From positions 1 through 59,938 of the IMG/VR virus record IMGVR_UViG_3300044970_000300: a stretch of DNA of 59,938 nucleotides, one strand, 5' to 3'. Below are positions 30,501-38,019 of this stretch, piece after piece (the stretch's first letter is position 1; each line of letters starts with the position of its first letter). The translations under genes were made by a program, and so were the position numbers. Source of the stretch: a virus (Duplodnaviria; Caudoviricetes). Below the pieces are notes generated by a model that had not been told where the DNA came from, did no database searches, and saw nothing but the letters and a program-made list of their open reading frames with translations.

Positions 30501-32546
30501 GCCAACAAAGCGTTATTTGAGGCTGCCCTAGACCCATCTAACAAAGAGTGGATTAAACCACAGGACCCAGACGGTAGCGCATCGGTTGGTTTTGAGACTG
30601 TATATTTCTACGAGAACGGTGAGCAGGTTAAGTTCCAGCTTCGCACTGACCTGAAGCGTGAGTGGGACGGAGCTAATAGACTGTTTGACTTGGGTCCCGT
30701 AGGCAATAAGTGGATTAGTTACTTGTCTGGTTCTGCACTGCTGAAACTGCTTGCAACCAGAGCGAACCCGTTGTTCGTCGTAAGGAACTTCCCTCGCGAC
30801 TTTGGGCACATCTTGTTTTTCACTGACATTTACGACAATCAGAATATCTACTTCGCATCATACAATCTGATGAGAGACTTCTTTAAGGGTAGACGCTCAT
30901 TCAAGAATGATGACCAGGACTTCCAGGAGTATATGGAAATGGGTGGAGGTATGGACTTCTTATCAACTGATGGTCGCCCTGGTAGCCTTAAGCTAGATAA
31001 GAGTAGTATTGATAAGTTCGTAGATAGGATGTCTAAAATCGGCGAGGTATCCGAGGTGGCATTCCGAGTTGCGGTGTACAAGCGCACTAAGGACGACGCT
31101 GTAGCCGAATACGAGAAGAAGTACGGAAAGAAGCCTACAGGTGAAGACCTAGAACTAATCAAGGCTAAGGCAGTAACTAAGGCTCGCTCAATTATCGACT
31201 TCGCACAAGGAGGTAATCTAACCAAAGGTCTTGAGATTGTTAAGCCTTACATTAACTCAGCATTCCAAGGCTTCAGAGTGTCTGCGTCTTATATCAAGGA
31301 AAACCCGAAGAAGTTCGCTAGCAAGTTCCTTCAGGCGCAGGCTGGTATGCTTGCCTTGGCTATGGCTAACGCACTCATCGGTGGTGACGACTATGAGGAC
31401 ATCCCAGACGAGGTTAAGCTCAAGTACTTCATCATATTTACTGGACTGACGTACCTAGATGAGGATGGCGTAGAGCGTAGAGCTTACATTCGAATCGCTA
31501 AGCCTCAGCAGATGGTTCCGTTCTTTGCGCTGATGGATATTGCGAATGGTTATACGCTTTCTTCAATTCTAGGAAAAGAATACCGTCCGTCTGATGACCT
31601 GATTGAGTACGCAACCAAGGGTGTATTTAATGCCTTGCCTACTGGAGCGTCTCTGTCCGAGATTACATCATCTATACCGTTACTCAGCGCATTAAACACG
31701 TACCAGAGTAACTACGATTCATTCCGCAAACGTGCGATTTCATTGGGATTCGGCGGTAGAGCTCCACTGCCTATGGACGAAGGACTAAATGACCCTAACG
31801 TAGAGCGTTTCTATCAGGTCATCGGTAAGGTATTCGGTGAGACTCAGGAACTAGTTACGGGCGAAAAGAGTGGCCTGTCTCCAGCACGTTTAAAGGTGTC
31901 AGTCGAGAAGATAATCACTAGTCCTAGCTCGTCAATAGTTGTTGGAGCCGCCTATGGACTGCTTGATATCATCACATCGGTTGTGCCGCTCGATAATGAG
32001 CTATCATCACAGGAGCGTAAGGCATCTGCCGTGAAGATTGTAGAGGCTCTATCTAAGAACGGAATTACAGTAAGTAAGGCCATATGGGGTGAGACTAATC
32101 CTGACTGGAAGATTTACAACAAAAAGGAGGAGCTTGAAAGAATAGACCAGGAGTCCGTTAGCAAGCGTATGAGAATCAATGGTGCCGCTAAGGAGCTGGG
32201 ACGTGAATACTTCAACGCCAAGACTGAGGAGGAGAAACAAGCCATTCTTGAAGAAGCTAAGAAGAAATCATCTGAGATAGCAGAGGAGAACAAGATTGAT
32301 GGTATGTACTTCAGGGACACGTTCCTTACCGCAGCTAAGAAGCGTGTGGCTACCCAGAATACGAATGAAATTATCTACTCTGTCGATGATGAATCAAGAG
32401 CCAAAAAGTTCTATAATTTCTACGGAGATATGACCGAAGAGGAACTGCTCGAGGTTAGACGACAGATTTACAACGAGTCTGGATACAAACTGAGCGCTAA
32501 GTTCAAGTACGAGTACGACAGATTACGCAAAGAAAAAATGAAGTAA
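24525..32546 (+). CDS. giant polyvalent virion/ejection protein (zincin HExxH, HhH-like and LPD38-like regions)
   Basis: 2673 aa; YHEAIHE motif; C-terminal PYINSAFQG..IPDEVK..YFII..YIRIAKP resembles LPD38; promoter TATATTTG at 24495-24502. Confidence 0.7.
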   Translation: MNEELKAILEKAYASGKSLDQISKAMKDNGFSNEDVAFASSFYESKKKRPTDGASRSTSAQEPTSSELPVSKSSMPKPDQWEKDFQQARMQAMETGKPVDLFATPTGKLLSEGIKKDSAQREREEISTELASKISGIKTAEDLERVRPEIEKTYVKYKEFDLDNAAPESIFNQDGSFNVAATSSLDSDIKSSMERFTAEQKRLAENSTFVSRGLDALSAGVNGFIDMALKTATPPMTAATLQATGTTFGEQAKKDLKNVSLANYAEKFNMGYTPEQIEKGALSMAMQGDFGLLGVDMLDQTINLAVGVAAGPAGLVALGTTAAGSAWTEVMDDNRYNMGEKMLYAVGSGLAEYATEKIFASDLKAVRGLFGSAEDVAKMSRKDFGDLLFSKLPALARQPLEEGMEEAIVATTQETLKAVLAGEKVDYMNIAESAFVGAAMGGSVGVVTSGPSALLQTPIFKDRIEIRNKISEINNLINDPSVSEDEKELLKTRLNEYVSKERKMRDDAKNYYSAFSEDDLQQTIKLNQTISDGMKKYNTLTSTEAKAQVVTDIKGAMAEKAKIEQKYDSKAQQQVPGTVVEGQAVEQAQPVEGAGTQETQAGGVLQAPQEVTNAAESLGFKVKRFKLNQNTVSQAVDAMNSFLSNVSDEVISSYETTRENVGLGIQSIQNVIDSFAKSNIDVNFVAHTTPESMQEQTGQLERGVHISYKDGKPSEIHVYIPSLLSNTAYHEAIHEIIPRTMGADGVNSLADKLKRAVKRDPQLQARMDKFLGGYDVTENTNDEFLTELASLVSAGDIDINIKKSLATKFVEAVKSVLGMAGIKTQPTTAQLFNGLNQMAKELGAGIQLTGELGQMDFEAARAQKISKPSEDRVMAAANAIANNVNNKYPEAVEQEVTKAEEIVDKRGKKYVSYEVKQVPYRLESGAMEFFGESATDVLVDRIVKDVNENLSNKEVSNGIGWYSKMRDWFQKKFGANIELFGQLLAATSARTPVDINFRQSVDAMRQFSLGKYDDMLNRYHDYVSGIESMSDEAALKASGFKKKSHTEADVIDARRKLINKFTEVPLQGNGKKFNANSAKVLQALYGNWLNQTQGPKTKNFAGNLTGRSTEATIDVWAARYLRRITYQGNVERWRIHPSQEGSVEHTVNTKGELGGDYFFAESVMRKAADKLGWQADDLQAFLWFLEKDVWDKNEWTGVVGKKKSSFEEEAAKLKTERYQAGVTTFKDFDTFDKKEYDKAKKELLDSIRSIRGVVVARVNDSEGEFYSPSGDVYTEPSFDVEFSVEEGTDVSSVEAKVVEIGKRYNQEAVLFSRISDIKTSKTAPIIEIGLKRPVKESKTLDEVKKALAAMDVKGFTISRDSRGNVLGIRTQFISEFEGKPISEGEVIFEKAESEIKSKFGKNEDISYIERNFVETNVFFTANEKEAELQSDTQAASSGTVPGGLEPASAVVRKQAGLGKPGENGNRLDARREGVKTSFVNTYRTADFLHRAIRDIAYGSGNEWGFFAPRGTVVTEVRGRKERGDRDESRYFEAELKFVNRINKTSSTFKFMFRIADHTVPADEARAETYVDDGIATFNNGFDIALNIWSPNTYNAAVLHLQKMFRVKLPKIDSQLLISNSRMFRQQRGIMDILRRHLMSGAQMIDGKYVPAISEEDFVELANKMGISDILAKTLYADILDRANEMEQADFSMANVRSQYEERIKEQPWYKVVFSLNKIRTALFDRQSNIKKAILNSRVSGAYDYLVNKSGASARAKYFVNKAHRAIYSGLNKSDINNLDDIIFLRRVIEIDKSFDDRRAAIVDQLAEANIELEYAQYRVDNMASNISVDKKNKLREELSKASAEVDRLTKLLDETQRPMHTMDRKSGVTTNKEIAELELQKMSKTISNFDLLNSRADAYFNEFKNILNDLFKNGLITKELYDKIKDFDYSPRVFLNHAFDFGDNDVAVRDYGLTGDQVKRIREGSNDDIILDSQFLLSAYAASASSRILKNRANKALFEAALDPSNKEWIKPQDPDGSASVGFETVYFYENGEQVKFQLRTDLKREWDGANRLFDLGPVGNKWISYLSGSALLKLLATRANPLFVVRNFPRDFGHILFFTDIYDNQNIYFASYNLMRDFFKGRRSFKNDDQDFQEYMEMGGGMDFLSTDGRPGSLKLDKSSIDKFVDRMSKIGEVSEVAFRVAVYKRTKDDAVAEYEKKYGKKPTGEDLELIKAKAVTKARSIIDFAQGGNLTKGLEIVKPYINSAFQGFRVSASYIKENPKKFASKFLQAQAGMLALAMANALIGGDDYEDIPDEVKLKYFIIFTGLTYLDEDGVERRAYIRIAKPQQMVPFFALMDIANGYTLSSILGKEYRPSDDLIEYATKGVFNALPTGASLSEITSSIPLLSALNTYQSNYDSFRKRAISLGFGGRAPLPMDEGLNDPNVERFYQVIGKVFGETQELVTGEKSGLSPARLKVSVEKIITSPSSSIVVGAAYGLLDIITSVVPLDNELSSQERKASAVKIVEALSKNGITVSKAIWGETNPDWKIYNKKEELERIDQESVSKRMRINGAAKELGREYFNAKTEEEKQAILEEAKKKSSEIAEENKIDGMYFRDTFLTAAKKRVATQNTNEIIYSVDDESRAKKFYNFYGDMTEEELLEVRRQIYNESGYKLSAKFKYEYDRLRKEKMK
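26224..26358 (+). CDS. nested +1-frame small basic protein (44 aa)
   Basis: MIAKRNNKYQVLSSKGKPLSKPNLSKEQALKRLRQVEFFKHLKK*; phage-like AAG codons; the main frame here is a low-complexity linker. Confidence 0.6.
   Translation: MIAKRNNKYQVLSSKGKPLSKPNLSKEQALKRLRQVEFFKHLKK
28789..28947 (+). CDS. nested +1-frame small protein (52 aa)
   Basis: MKKKQNYRVTLKPPAVGLSQEDLNLLAQWLENRQ...; TAACTTTG at 28754-28761 upstream; the main frame is a linker. Confidence 0.45.
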   Translation: MKKKQNYRVTLKPPAVGLSQEDLNLLAQWLENRQVLGSQEKTEIASMPEEKE

Positions 32547-32554
32547 ATTTGCTT

Positions 32555-32977
32555 ATGTTCAACAAGTTATGTTTGATTTGTCTATCAGTCCTCTTGCTCA
32601 GTGGATGCTCAGCAGAATGGCACCTAAAGAAGGCCATCCAGAAGGACCCCTCGATGTTGAAGCCCACGGTTGTTACGATATGGGATACGATTGTGACTCC
32701 GCCGATTTATGTGGTTGATACCGTAGGCATCCCAGCCGAGGGAGACTCTTCAGTGATTGACAACGACACCGTGCAGGTGGTCATCACTAAGTTTCAAGAC
32801 AAACTCATCGTAAAGACTAAGGTCAAGGAGGTTCCGTACCCAGTATCTGTACAGGCCGAGTGCCCGCCTCAGGTTGTACAACCCGAAGGTAAAGGCTCCA
32901 AGATTAAGGACTTCCTGTTGATTTTCTTGTCGCTATCCCTAGCGATTATGATGTTCATCTATAGATTCGGTAAGTAA
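32555..32977 (+). CDS. lipoprotein with C-terminal TM helix, candidate unimolecular spanin
   Basis: Lipobox LSGC, beta-rich middle, C-terminal FLLIFLSLSLAIMMFIY. Confidence 0.6.
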   Translation: MFNKLCLICLSVLLLSGCSAEWHLKKAIQKDPSMLKPTVVTIWDTIVTPPIYVVDTVGIPAEGDSSVIDNDTVQVVITKFQDKLIVKTKVKEVPYPVSVQAECPPQVVQPEGKGSKIKDFLLIFLSLSLAIMMFIYRFGK

Positions 32978-32979
32978 CT

Positions 32980-33120
32980 ATGGCCAAGCTAAAAGCTCAG
33001 ACGGCTGCGGTATTCCAAGCCAAGCCCAAAAAGAAGCGTCCAGGAGTGCACGCTAAAAATAAAAACTCAGTGCTCAAATCCTCTAAGTTATACAGGAAGC
33101 CGAGCCGTGGGCAGGGCTAA
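32980..33120 (+). CDS. small basic protein (46 aa)
   Basis: MAKLKAQ...KKKRPGVHAK...YRKPSRGQG*; too short for the ORF track. Confidence 0.65.
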   Translation: MAKLKAQTAAVFQAKPKKKRPGVHAKNKNSVLKSSKLYRKPSRGQG

Positions 33121-33199
33121 TAGGAAACACGAAGAGCCCCTATATGAGGGGCCAGTCCGTTATTGTTCCGTCAAGCCTGTAGAGTGTCGCTCTAACTGC

Positions 33200-33409
33200 T
33201 CAGGAACCTGTAATGAAGCTAACCACCCGCTCCCAAAAGGTCGGTGAGTTGACTTCCTCGTCCAGCTCCTGCTTCTTTTTCTTGCGCCATTCCCTAGAGA
33301 ATTGGGCGTAGCAGAACTTGCACGTTGAGTGACGGATTCCTTCCTCTTTATTCTTCCAAGCGAAGAACTCGTTGCGATGTTCCTTCTTGCATTTATTGCA
33401 CTTTTTCAT
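33200..33409 (-). CDS. zinc-finger protein
   Basis: CNKC...CKFC; promoter TATCTTTG 7 nt upstream. Confidence 0.6.
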   Translation of the reverse strand: MKKCNKCKKEHRNEFFAWKNKEEGIRHSTCKFCYAQFSREWRKKKKQELDEEVNSPTFWERVVSFITGS

Positions 33410-33446
33410 AGTGCTACAAAGATACGAAACGTAGTCCAATAAATAG

Positions 33447-33518
33447 TACCCCCAACAGGAATCGAACCTGTAACTAAACTTTAGAAGAGTCTCGTTATAT
33501 CCTTTTAACTATGGGGGC
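33447..33518 (-). tRNA. tRNA-Arg (anticodon UCU)
   Basis: Cloverleaf: acceptor GCCCCCA/TGGGGGT, D arm GTTA/TAAC, anticodon arm AGACT-CTTCTAA-AGTTT, T arm ACAGG-TTCGATT-CCTGT; CCA not encoded. Confidence 0.93.
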
Positions 33519-33520
33519 GT

Positions 33521-33663
33521 ACTCGTCTTTCCGAGTGGTCAGTCTTTGATATCCTTATTGCCGAATGGGTCAACTAGCCTTAGTTTGTAAACAATTTGCC
33601 CAATTAAGGGAGGATACCCTTCATTCCCGAAGACATCCGAGAAGTTTTATCAACAAACCAGGC
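33521..33663 (-). ncRNA. structured pseudoknotted ncRNA 5' of the tRNA (possibly manA/GOLLD-like)
   Basis: Several nested helices, a loop pseudoknot and a terminal ACTCG-GAAA-GA-CGAGT hairpin. Confidence 0.6.
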
Positions 33664-33664
33664 A

Positions 33665-33802
33665 CTATTTTTCGTCTTCGAACTCTGGGTAATGCTCGCC
33701 AGTGTTGCCGTTCTGACCGATAATATCTATCCGTCGGTTCAGCTCCTCCTCTTCACTCTCCCAGTCGAAGTCTCTATCGTAATTACTGCACGGACTAGCC
33801 AT
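33665..33802 (-). CDS. small acidic protein (45 aa)
   Basis: RRIDIIGQNGNTGEHY motif; overlaps the nrdA stop. Confidence 0.6.
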   Translation of the reverse strand: MASPCSNYDRDFDWESEEEELNRRIDIIGQNGNTGEHYPEFEDEK

Positions 33803-35573
33803 CGCAACTGACACAATCAGGGTTCATAGCTTTCACGGCAATATCTCCACGGAGCACGGACTCAGTACGCATATAATACAGCGTCTTGATTCCCTGATTC
33901 CAAGCCTCCATATGGACTTGGTTAATCCACTTAGGTGTGGCCTCAGTCGGGAACGCTAGGTTCAAAGAAACCGATTGGTCAATGTACTGCTGACGGATGC
34001 CCGCTTGGTTCACTAGGTCCAACTGATTGATTTCCTTGAAGGTCTTGTACACGTCCTTCACCGACACTGGGTCAACCATCGGGTCGAGTTCGTCCTTACT
34101 TACGAGCTTACCCTTCTGGTAGTACCAATCGTCAAGTGTGTTGATGTTCTGCACCGAACCACCGTCCGCGAGTATCTGGTCCCAAGTCTCCTTGTTGTTG
34201 ATGCCAATTCGACGGAGTACCTTCTCAAGCGTAGGATTCTTTCTGATGAACGTACCCTTAGCCGACTGCTCCGTGAACACGTTGGCCGCCCAAGGCTCGA
34301 TACCAGCGCTCACGTTGCCGCTCAGCTTTGAGTTAGATACGGTCGGTGCGATAGCTCTCAGGTGAGTGTTACGCACTCCGAATCCACGACACCATAGTGG
34401 CTCACCGAACATCTTAGCCATATCACGGCTGGCACGTTCTGATTCCATCTTGATGTGTGAGAAGATGCGACGCGTCTCAATCTGCGCCTGCAAGCCCTCG
34501 AATGGGATTCCACGTTGCTGCAAGTAAGTGTGCCATCCAAGTACGCCCAGGCCAAGTGCCCGTCCCTTTTCAGCGGAGCGAACCGAATTTTCGAAGCCCT
34601 TCATATTCTTGGCTTTCTGGATGAACTCCTCAAGCACGCCGTCTAGAAACAACGTGGAGTAGTATACAACGTCTGTGTCCTTCCACTCGTCGAACTTGGC
34701 GAGGTTGAGTGATGACAGACAGCAAACGAAACTGTGTGACTCGTCGGTGTACAACGTAATCTCAGAGCAGATGTTGGTCATAAAGACCTTCAAACCGTTA
34801 TGCTTGTACATCTCTGGGTTCTGCTTGTTCACGTTACCGCGGAACATAATGTACGGCTCACCTGTGGCCTTACGCTTCTGTAGGACCTTAGCCCAACGCT
34901 TGCGAGCCTCGTCGTCACCGTCTTGTAGTTTACGCATAAACTTGTCCGATACGATTACGCACTGGTGCAGGTTTAGACACTGGCGGTTCACGTCGCCCTT
35001 GGGCTCACGGATTTCAATCCACTCCCAGAAGTCTTCGTGCTCGATGCTCAGGTTTACCGATGCCGCACCACGACGCACGTTTCCCTGTGACGTGGCGAGA
35101 ATCGTTGAGTCGTATATTTTGCAGAATGGAACCACACCGTCGGTCGTACCGTTGCTGTTGGAGATTGGTGAGCCAGCGGGACGGAGCATATTGACTCCGA
35201 TGCCGACGCCGCCGCCGTGCTTAGCCAACAACATAGTCTCGAGATTCTTCATTCCGATGTCGTGGATGCTGTCGCCAACGTCCACACCGAAACAAGAGAT
35301 AGGCAGTCCACGGTCTGTTCCCATATTAGCCAATACGGGCGTGGCCAGACCGAGCCAGTTGTTCCAGATATACTCATAGAACTTGGGTGCGAGTTCGGGC
35401 TTATTCAAGCGGTTGGCCGCTGCCCTTGCAACCCTGAGGTATGCGTCACGAGGCTTCTCGTCATTGATTAGGTAACCACGAGAGATTGTCTTGACGTACT
35501 CCTCCGTATTCCCCCACTCGGGGAAGTCAACTCCGACCTCCCAGCCTAGGTGCTCTGCGAAATTCTTAGACAT
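33795..35573 (-). CDS. nrdA: ribonucleotide reductase class I large subunit, no ATP cone
   Basis: ATPVLAN, PISCF, TNICSEI, CCLSSLN, APTVSNS, KTLYY and C-terminal CVSC motifs. Confidence 0.95.
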   Translation of the reverse strand: MSKNFAEHLGWEVGVDFPEWGNTEEYVKTISRGYLINDEKPRDAYLRVARAAANRLNKPELAPKFYEYIWNNWLGLATPVLANMGTDRGLPISCFGVDVGDSIHDIGMKNLETMLLAKHGGGVGIGVNMLRPAGSPISNSNGTTDGVVPFCKIYDSTILATSQGNVRRGAASVNLSIEHEDFWEWIEIREPKGDVNRQCLNLHQCVIVSDKFMRKLQDGDDEARKRWAKVLQKRKATGEPYIMFRGNVNKQNPEMYKHNGLKVFMTNICSEITLYTDESHSFVCCLSSLNLAKFDEWKDTDVVYYSTLFLDGVLEEFIQKAKNMKGFENSVRSAEKGRALGLGVLGWHTYLQQRGIPFEGLQAQIETRRIFSHIKMESERASRDMAKMFGEPLWCRGFGVRNTHLRAIAPTVSNSKLSGNVSAGIEPWAANVFTEQSAKGTFIRKNPTLEKVLRRIGINNKETWDQILADGGSVQNINTLDDWYYQKGKLVSKDELDPMVDPVSVKDVYKTFKEINQLDLVNQAGIRQQYIDQSVSLNLAFPTEATPKWINQVHMEAWNQGIKTLYYMRTESVLRGDIAVKAMNPDCVSCDG

Positions 35574-35874
35574 TTTCGATTTGATATTTGATGTTAGACT
35601 TGACGCGATTATACCGCTTGCGGAATCCAGCGTTGGTTTCAATCTGATTCTGGATAACCTTAGACGTTGTGGATATAGTCGAATGGTCTCTATTGACCAG
35701 CATACCGATATCCTCCAGCGTCATAGACGAGTGCTCACGCATAAGCTGTGTGAACACCTGGCGAGCCTCTCGGATGTTCGCCATACGAGTTGAGCTGTTC
35801 ATTTGGGCGGCGGTTACACCGTACTCTCCCTTGACCTCGCGAAATACGATGGCCGCAATAATGTTGTTGTTCAT
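35566..35874 (-). CDS. DnaA C-terminal (domain IV) HTH-like protein
   Basis: ARQV...LMRE....TLEDIG...NRDHSTI signature. Confidence 0.75.
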   Translation of the reverse strand: MNNNIIAAIVFREVKGEYGVTAAQMNSSTRMANIREARQVFTQLMREHSSMTLEDIGMLVNRDHSTISTTSKVIQNQIETNAGFRKRYNRVKSNIKYQIENV

Positions 35875-35885
35875 AGAATTAGTTT

Positions 35886-36875
35886 TTACCAGATATCTTC
35901 AAAGTCTTCACCTTCGTTGGCTTTCGAATAGTCCGTGGGTCGGATAGCGAAGAAGTCAGTGTGCGTGTGTCCACCCGTGAGATGGTAGAACCAGTCAAGC
36001 TCAGCGGCCTTCTTGTTATCGAACTCAAAGATACTTTCGTACCCCAACTCCTGCAACTTTTCGTTTGCTCTTTTCTTGATGAACTCCTTAAGGTCATCCG
36101 CCTTCAGATTCTCAAGGTCGCCCATCTCGAACATCTTGTCGATGAACTTAGCCTCCATCTCAACCGCTACGCGTGCGGCCTCCTCAACCTGCTTACGCAC
36201 CTGTTGGCGGATGGTTGGGAACTCCTCACATAGGTGATTGAATAGGGCGCAACCCATCTTAGAGTGCAACGATTCGTCACGTACGCTCCATTTCATCTGC
36301 TGACCGATACCCTTCAGTAGGTTACGCATCTGGAATGAGTAGAGCACAGCGAACGATGAGTACAGGGATACACCCTCTGCGAACGCGGAGAACACAGCGA
36401 TTGAGCGAGCCACATCCTCACGGCACTTAGGGCATACCGCAAGCATATTGTGGTCGTATCCAGCCTTGGTGTTGACTAGGTTCTCAAAGCGAGCTGCCGT
36501 TGACGGCTCGTGAAGGAACGCCTCGAAGTCCTCAAGACCGAGTGTTTCGTTCAGGTAGCTGTACGCTGCGGCGTGGATTGTCTCCTGTGAGCCGAACATC
36601 ATAGCCATCTGCTTAATCTCGTGCTTGGGGAACCATCTAGTTACCATCGTCGTCCAGTAGTCTCCAACGGCTGTCTCCGTCTGCGCGAAGCCTAATAGGA
36701 TATTGCCCACGAGATTGCGTTCACTATCACTAAGATTCTCGCGGAAATCCTTCACGTCGTTCTGCATTGATATCTCCGTATGGAGCCAGAAAGCCTGAGC
36801 CTGCTTGAGCCAGCCCTCGGTGTAATATATTGGATATTCGAATGGTTTGTAGGGGATGCGTTCTTCAAATAGCAT
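35886..36875 (-). CDS. nrdB: ribonucleotide reductase class I small subunit
   Basis: QAFWL, ETIH..AY, AEGVSLYSSF, RDESLH and TDFF...TDYSK motifs. Confidence 0.95.
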   Translation of the reverse strand: MLFEERIPYKPFEYPIYYTEGWLKQAQAFWLHTEISMQNDVKDFRENLSDSERNLVGNILLGFAQTETAVGDYWTTMVTRWFPKHEIKQMAMMFGSQETIHAAAYSYLNETLGLEDFEAFLHEPSTAARFENLVNTKAGYDHNMLAVCPKCREDVARSIAVFSAFAEGVSLYSSFAVLYSFQMRNLLKGIGQQMKWSVRDESLHSKMGCALFNHLCEEFPTIRQQVRKQVEEAARVAVEMEAKFIDKMFEMGDLENLKADDLKEFIKKRANEKLQELGYESIFEFDNKKAAELDWFYHLTGGHTHTDFFAIRPTDYSKANEGEDFEDIW

Positions 36876-36898
36876 AGCCTCTGGTTTTTACGTTAGAC

Positions 36899-36927
36899 AA
36901 AAAAGGGCCACACGAAGTGACCCAAAA
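36899..36927 (-). terminator. hairpin plus U tract upstream of nrdB
   Basis: GGGTCAC-TTCGT-GTGGCCC-TTTTTT on the minus strand. Confidence 0.6.
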
Positions 36928-36953
36928 GGAGTGCGAATATATATATCTATATC

Positions 36954-37367
36954 CTAATCAAGCAAGTCAGAAATGTCCACTCCAAGTGACAAATCGTAGT
37001 AGCCGACATCCTTCGATACAAAGTTCTTGTTTCGGAATTCAGTCGTCTTGGGCATACCTTTCTTAGACCAGGATGGCTCTGGTATCTCGTCGAGTCTGAA
37101 TGCCCATACCCCCTCAGGAGTCGAGTTTATGTATACTGGCCTATAGCCGAATACCTTAGCTCGCTCCATAAGTGCCTCGTACTTAATCTTCTCTATGACT
37201 AGGTTGTCGTAGTGAGTGTACCTGCACTTTAGCTCTATGTCCATCTGATGCTTCTCTGAGTAGCAGTCATACTTAGACATAGCGAATTCGCTCTCCTTAA
37301 GGTCTGGAATAATCCGTTCCTTAAGCGCATTGAAGAGCTCCTTCTCTCCTTTAAATGTTCGTCTCAT
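36954..37367 (-). CDS. PD-(D/E)xK nuclease-like protein
   Basis: YDC...IELKCR motif. Confidence 0.6.
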   Translation of the reverse strand: MRRTFKGEKELFNALKERIIPDLKESEFAMSKYDCYSEKHQMDIELKCRYTHYDNLVIEKIKYEALMERAKVFGYRPVYINSTPEGVWAFRLDEIPEPSWSKKGMPKTTEFRNKNFVSKDVGYYDLSLGVDISDLLD

Positions 37368-37569
37368 TGAATTCCTTGCAGGATGCCTTAATTCCGTCTA
37401 ACTCTGCCTTCACCTTTAGTGTGAAGTTGGAGCAAAGATGGCGAACTAAGTCTTCTTTCTCGATTGCATTACCCGCATAATCGTGCAACGCTTCGTAAAG
37501 AATTGTTGTCTCCTGTTGGATACGATAGGTCGTAGAGAAATAGAACTGCGACAGTGTCTTATTGTCCAT
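37351..37569 (-). CDS. hypothetical protein
   Basis: Coupled ORF in the operon. Confidence 0.55.
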   Translation of the reverse strand: MDNKTLSQFYFSTTYRIQQETTILYEALHDYAGNAIEKEDLVRHLCSNFTLKVKAELDGIKASCKEFNETNI

Positions 37570-38005
37570 TTGAAATAATACTTATAGCCTCGTCTACTTG
37601 GTGCTGATTCTTAACCAGGAACACCTTGTAGTCGGACATATTGTTATCAGTCAACCATTTCAAGAACAGCTTCCATCGTATGTGGAACGTATGCTGTGAC
37701 GGTACGAAGCCCTTAGTTTCGATATAGAACTTACTGCTGTGAGAGATGAAGTCTGGCGTGTAGGTGATGGGGAGTTGCTTCCTCATACCTACGTGAACTA
37801 GTTCCTTCTTCTTTAGCATAGACTTATAGTACAGTCCAACAGGGGCGAAGGAGGGAAGAAGCGTTATTGACTCACCCTCGTATTCAAATTGAATTCCTTT
37901 AGATTTGAGTGAGGTATAGCAATATGACTCGAGTGTTGACGCGAACGTGATTCCGTCAATAGTCTTCTTCTTACTCCTAACTGCGCCTGTTTTCTTTCGT
38001 GGCAT
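37559..38005 (-). CDS. T7 endonuclease I-like resolvase
   Basis: FASTLE..FEYE..YTPDF..IETKG motif. Confidence 0.8.
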   Translation of the reverse strand: MPRKKTGAVRSKKKTIDGITFASTLESYCYTSLKSKGIQFEYEGESITLLPSFAPVGLYYKSMLKKKELVHVGMRKQLPITYTPDFISHSSKFYIETKGFVPSQHTFHIRWKLFLKWLTDNNMSDYKVFLVKNQHQVDEAISIISNGQ

Positions 38006-38019
38006 TCTCAAATGTACAT

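Noticed and set aside
24525-32546. crAss-type virion RNA polymerase
   Set aside because: No DxDxD catalytic motif seen; the motifs fit a polyvalent protein instead
33121-33199. Novel ncRNA at the convergence of the two strands
   Set aside because: The GCCCCT/AGGGGC and TAGAG/CTCTA hairpins are adequately explained as termination or 3'-end structures
33410-33446. Theta (HDV-like) ribozyme at the tRNA 3' end
   Set aside because: The trailer is a short AT-rich promoter region for the zinc-finger gene with no nested pseudoknot
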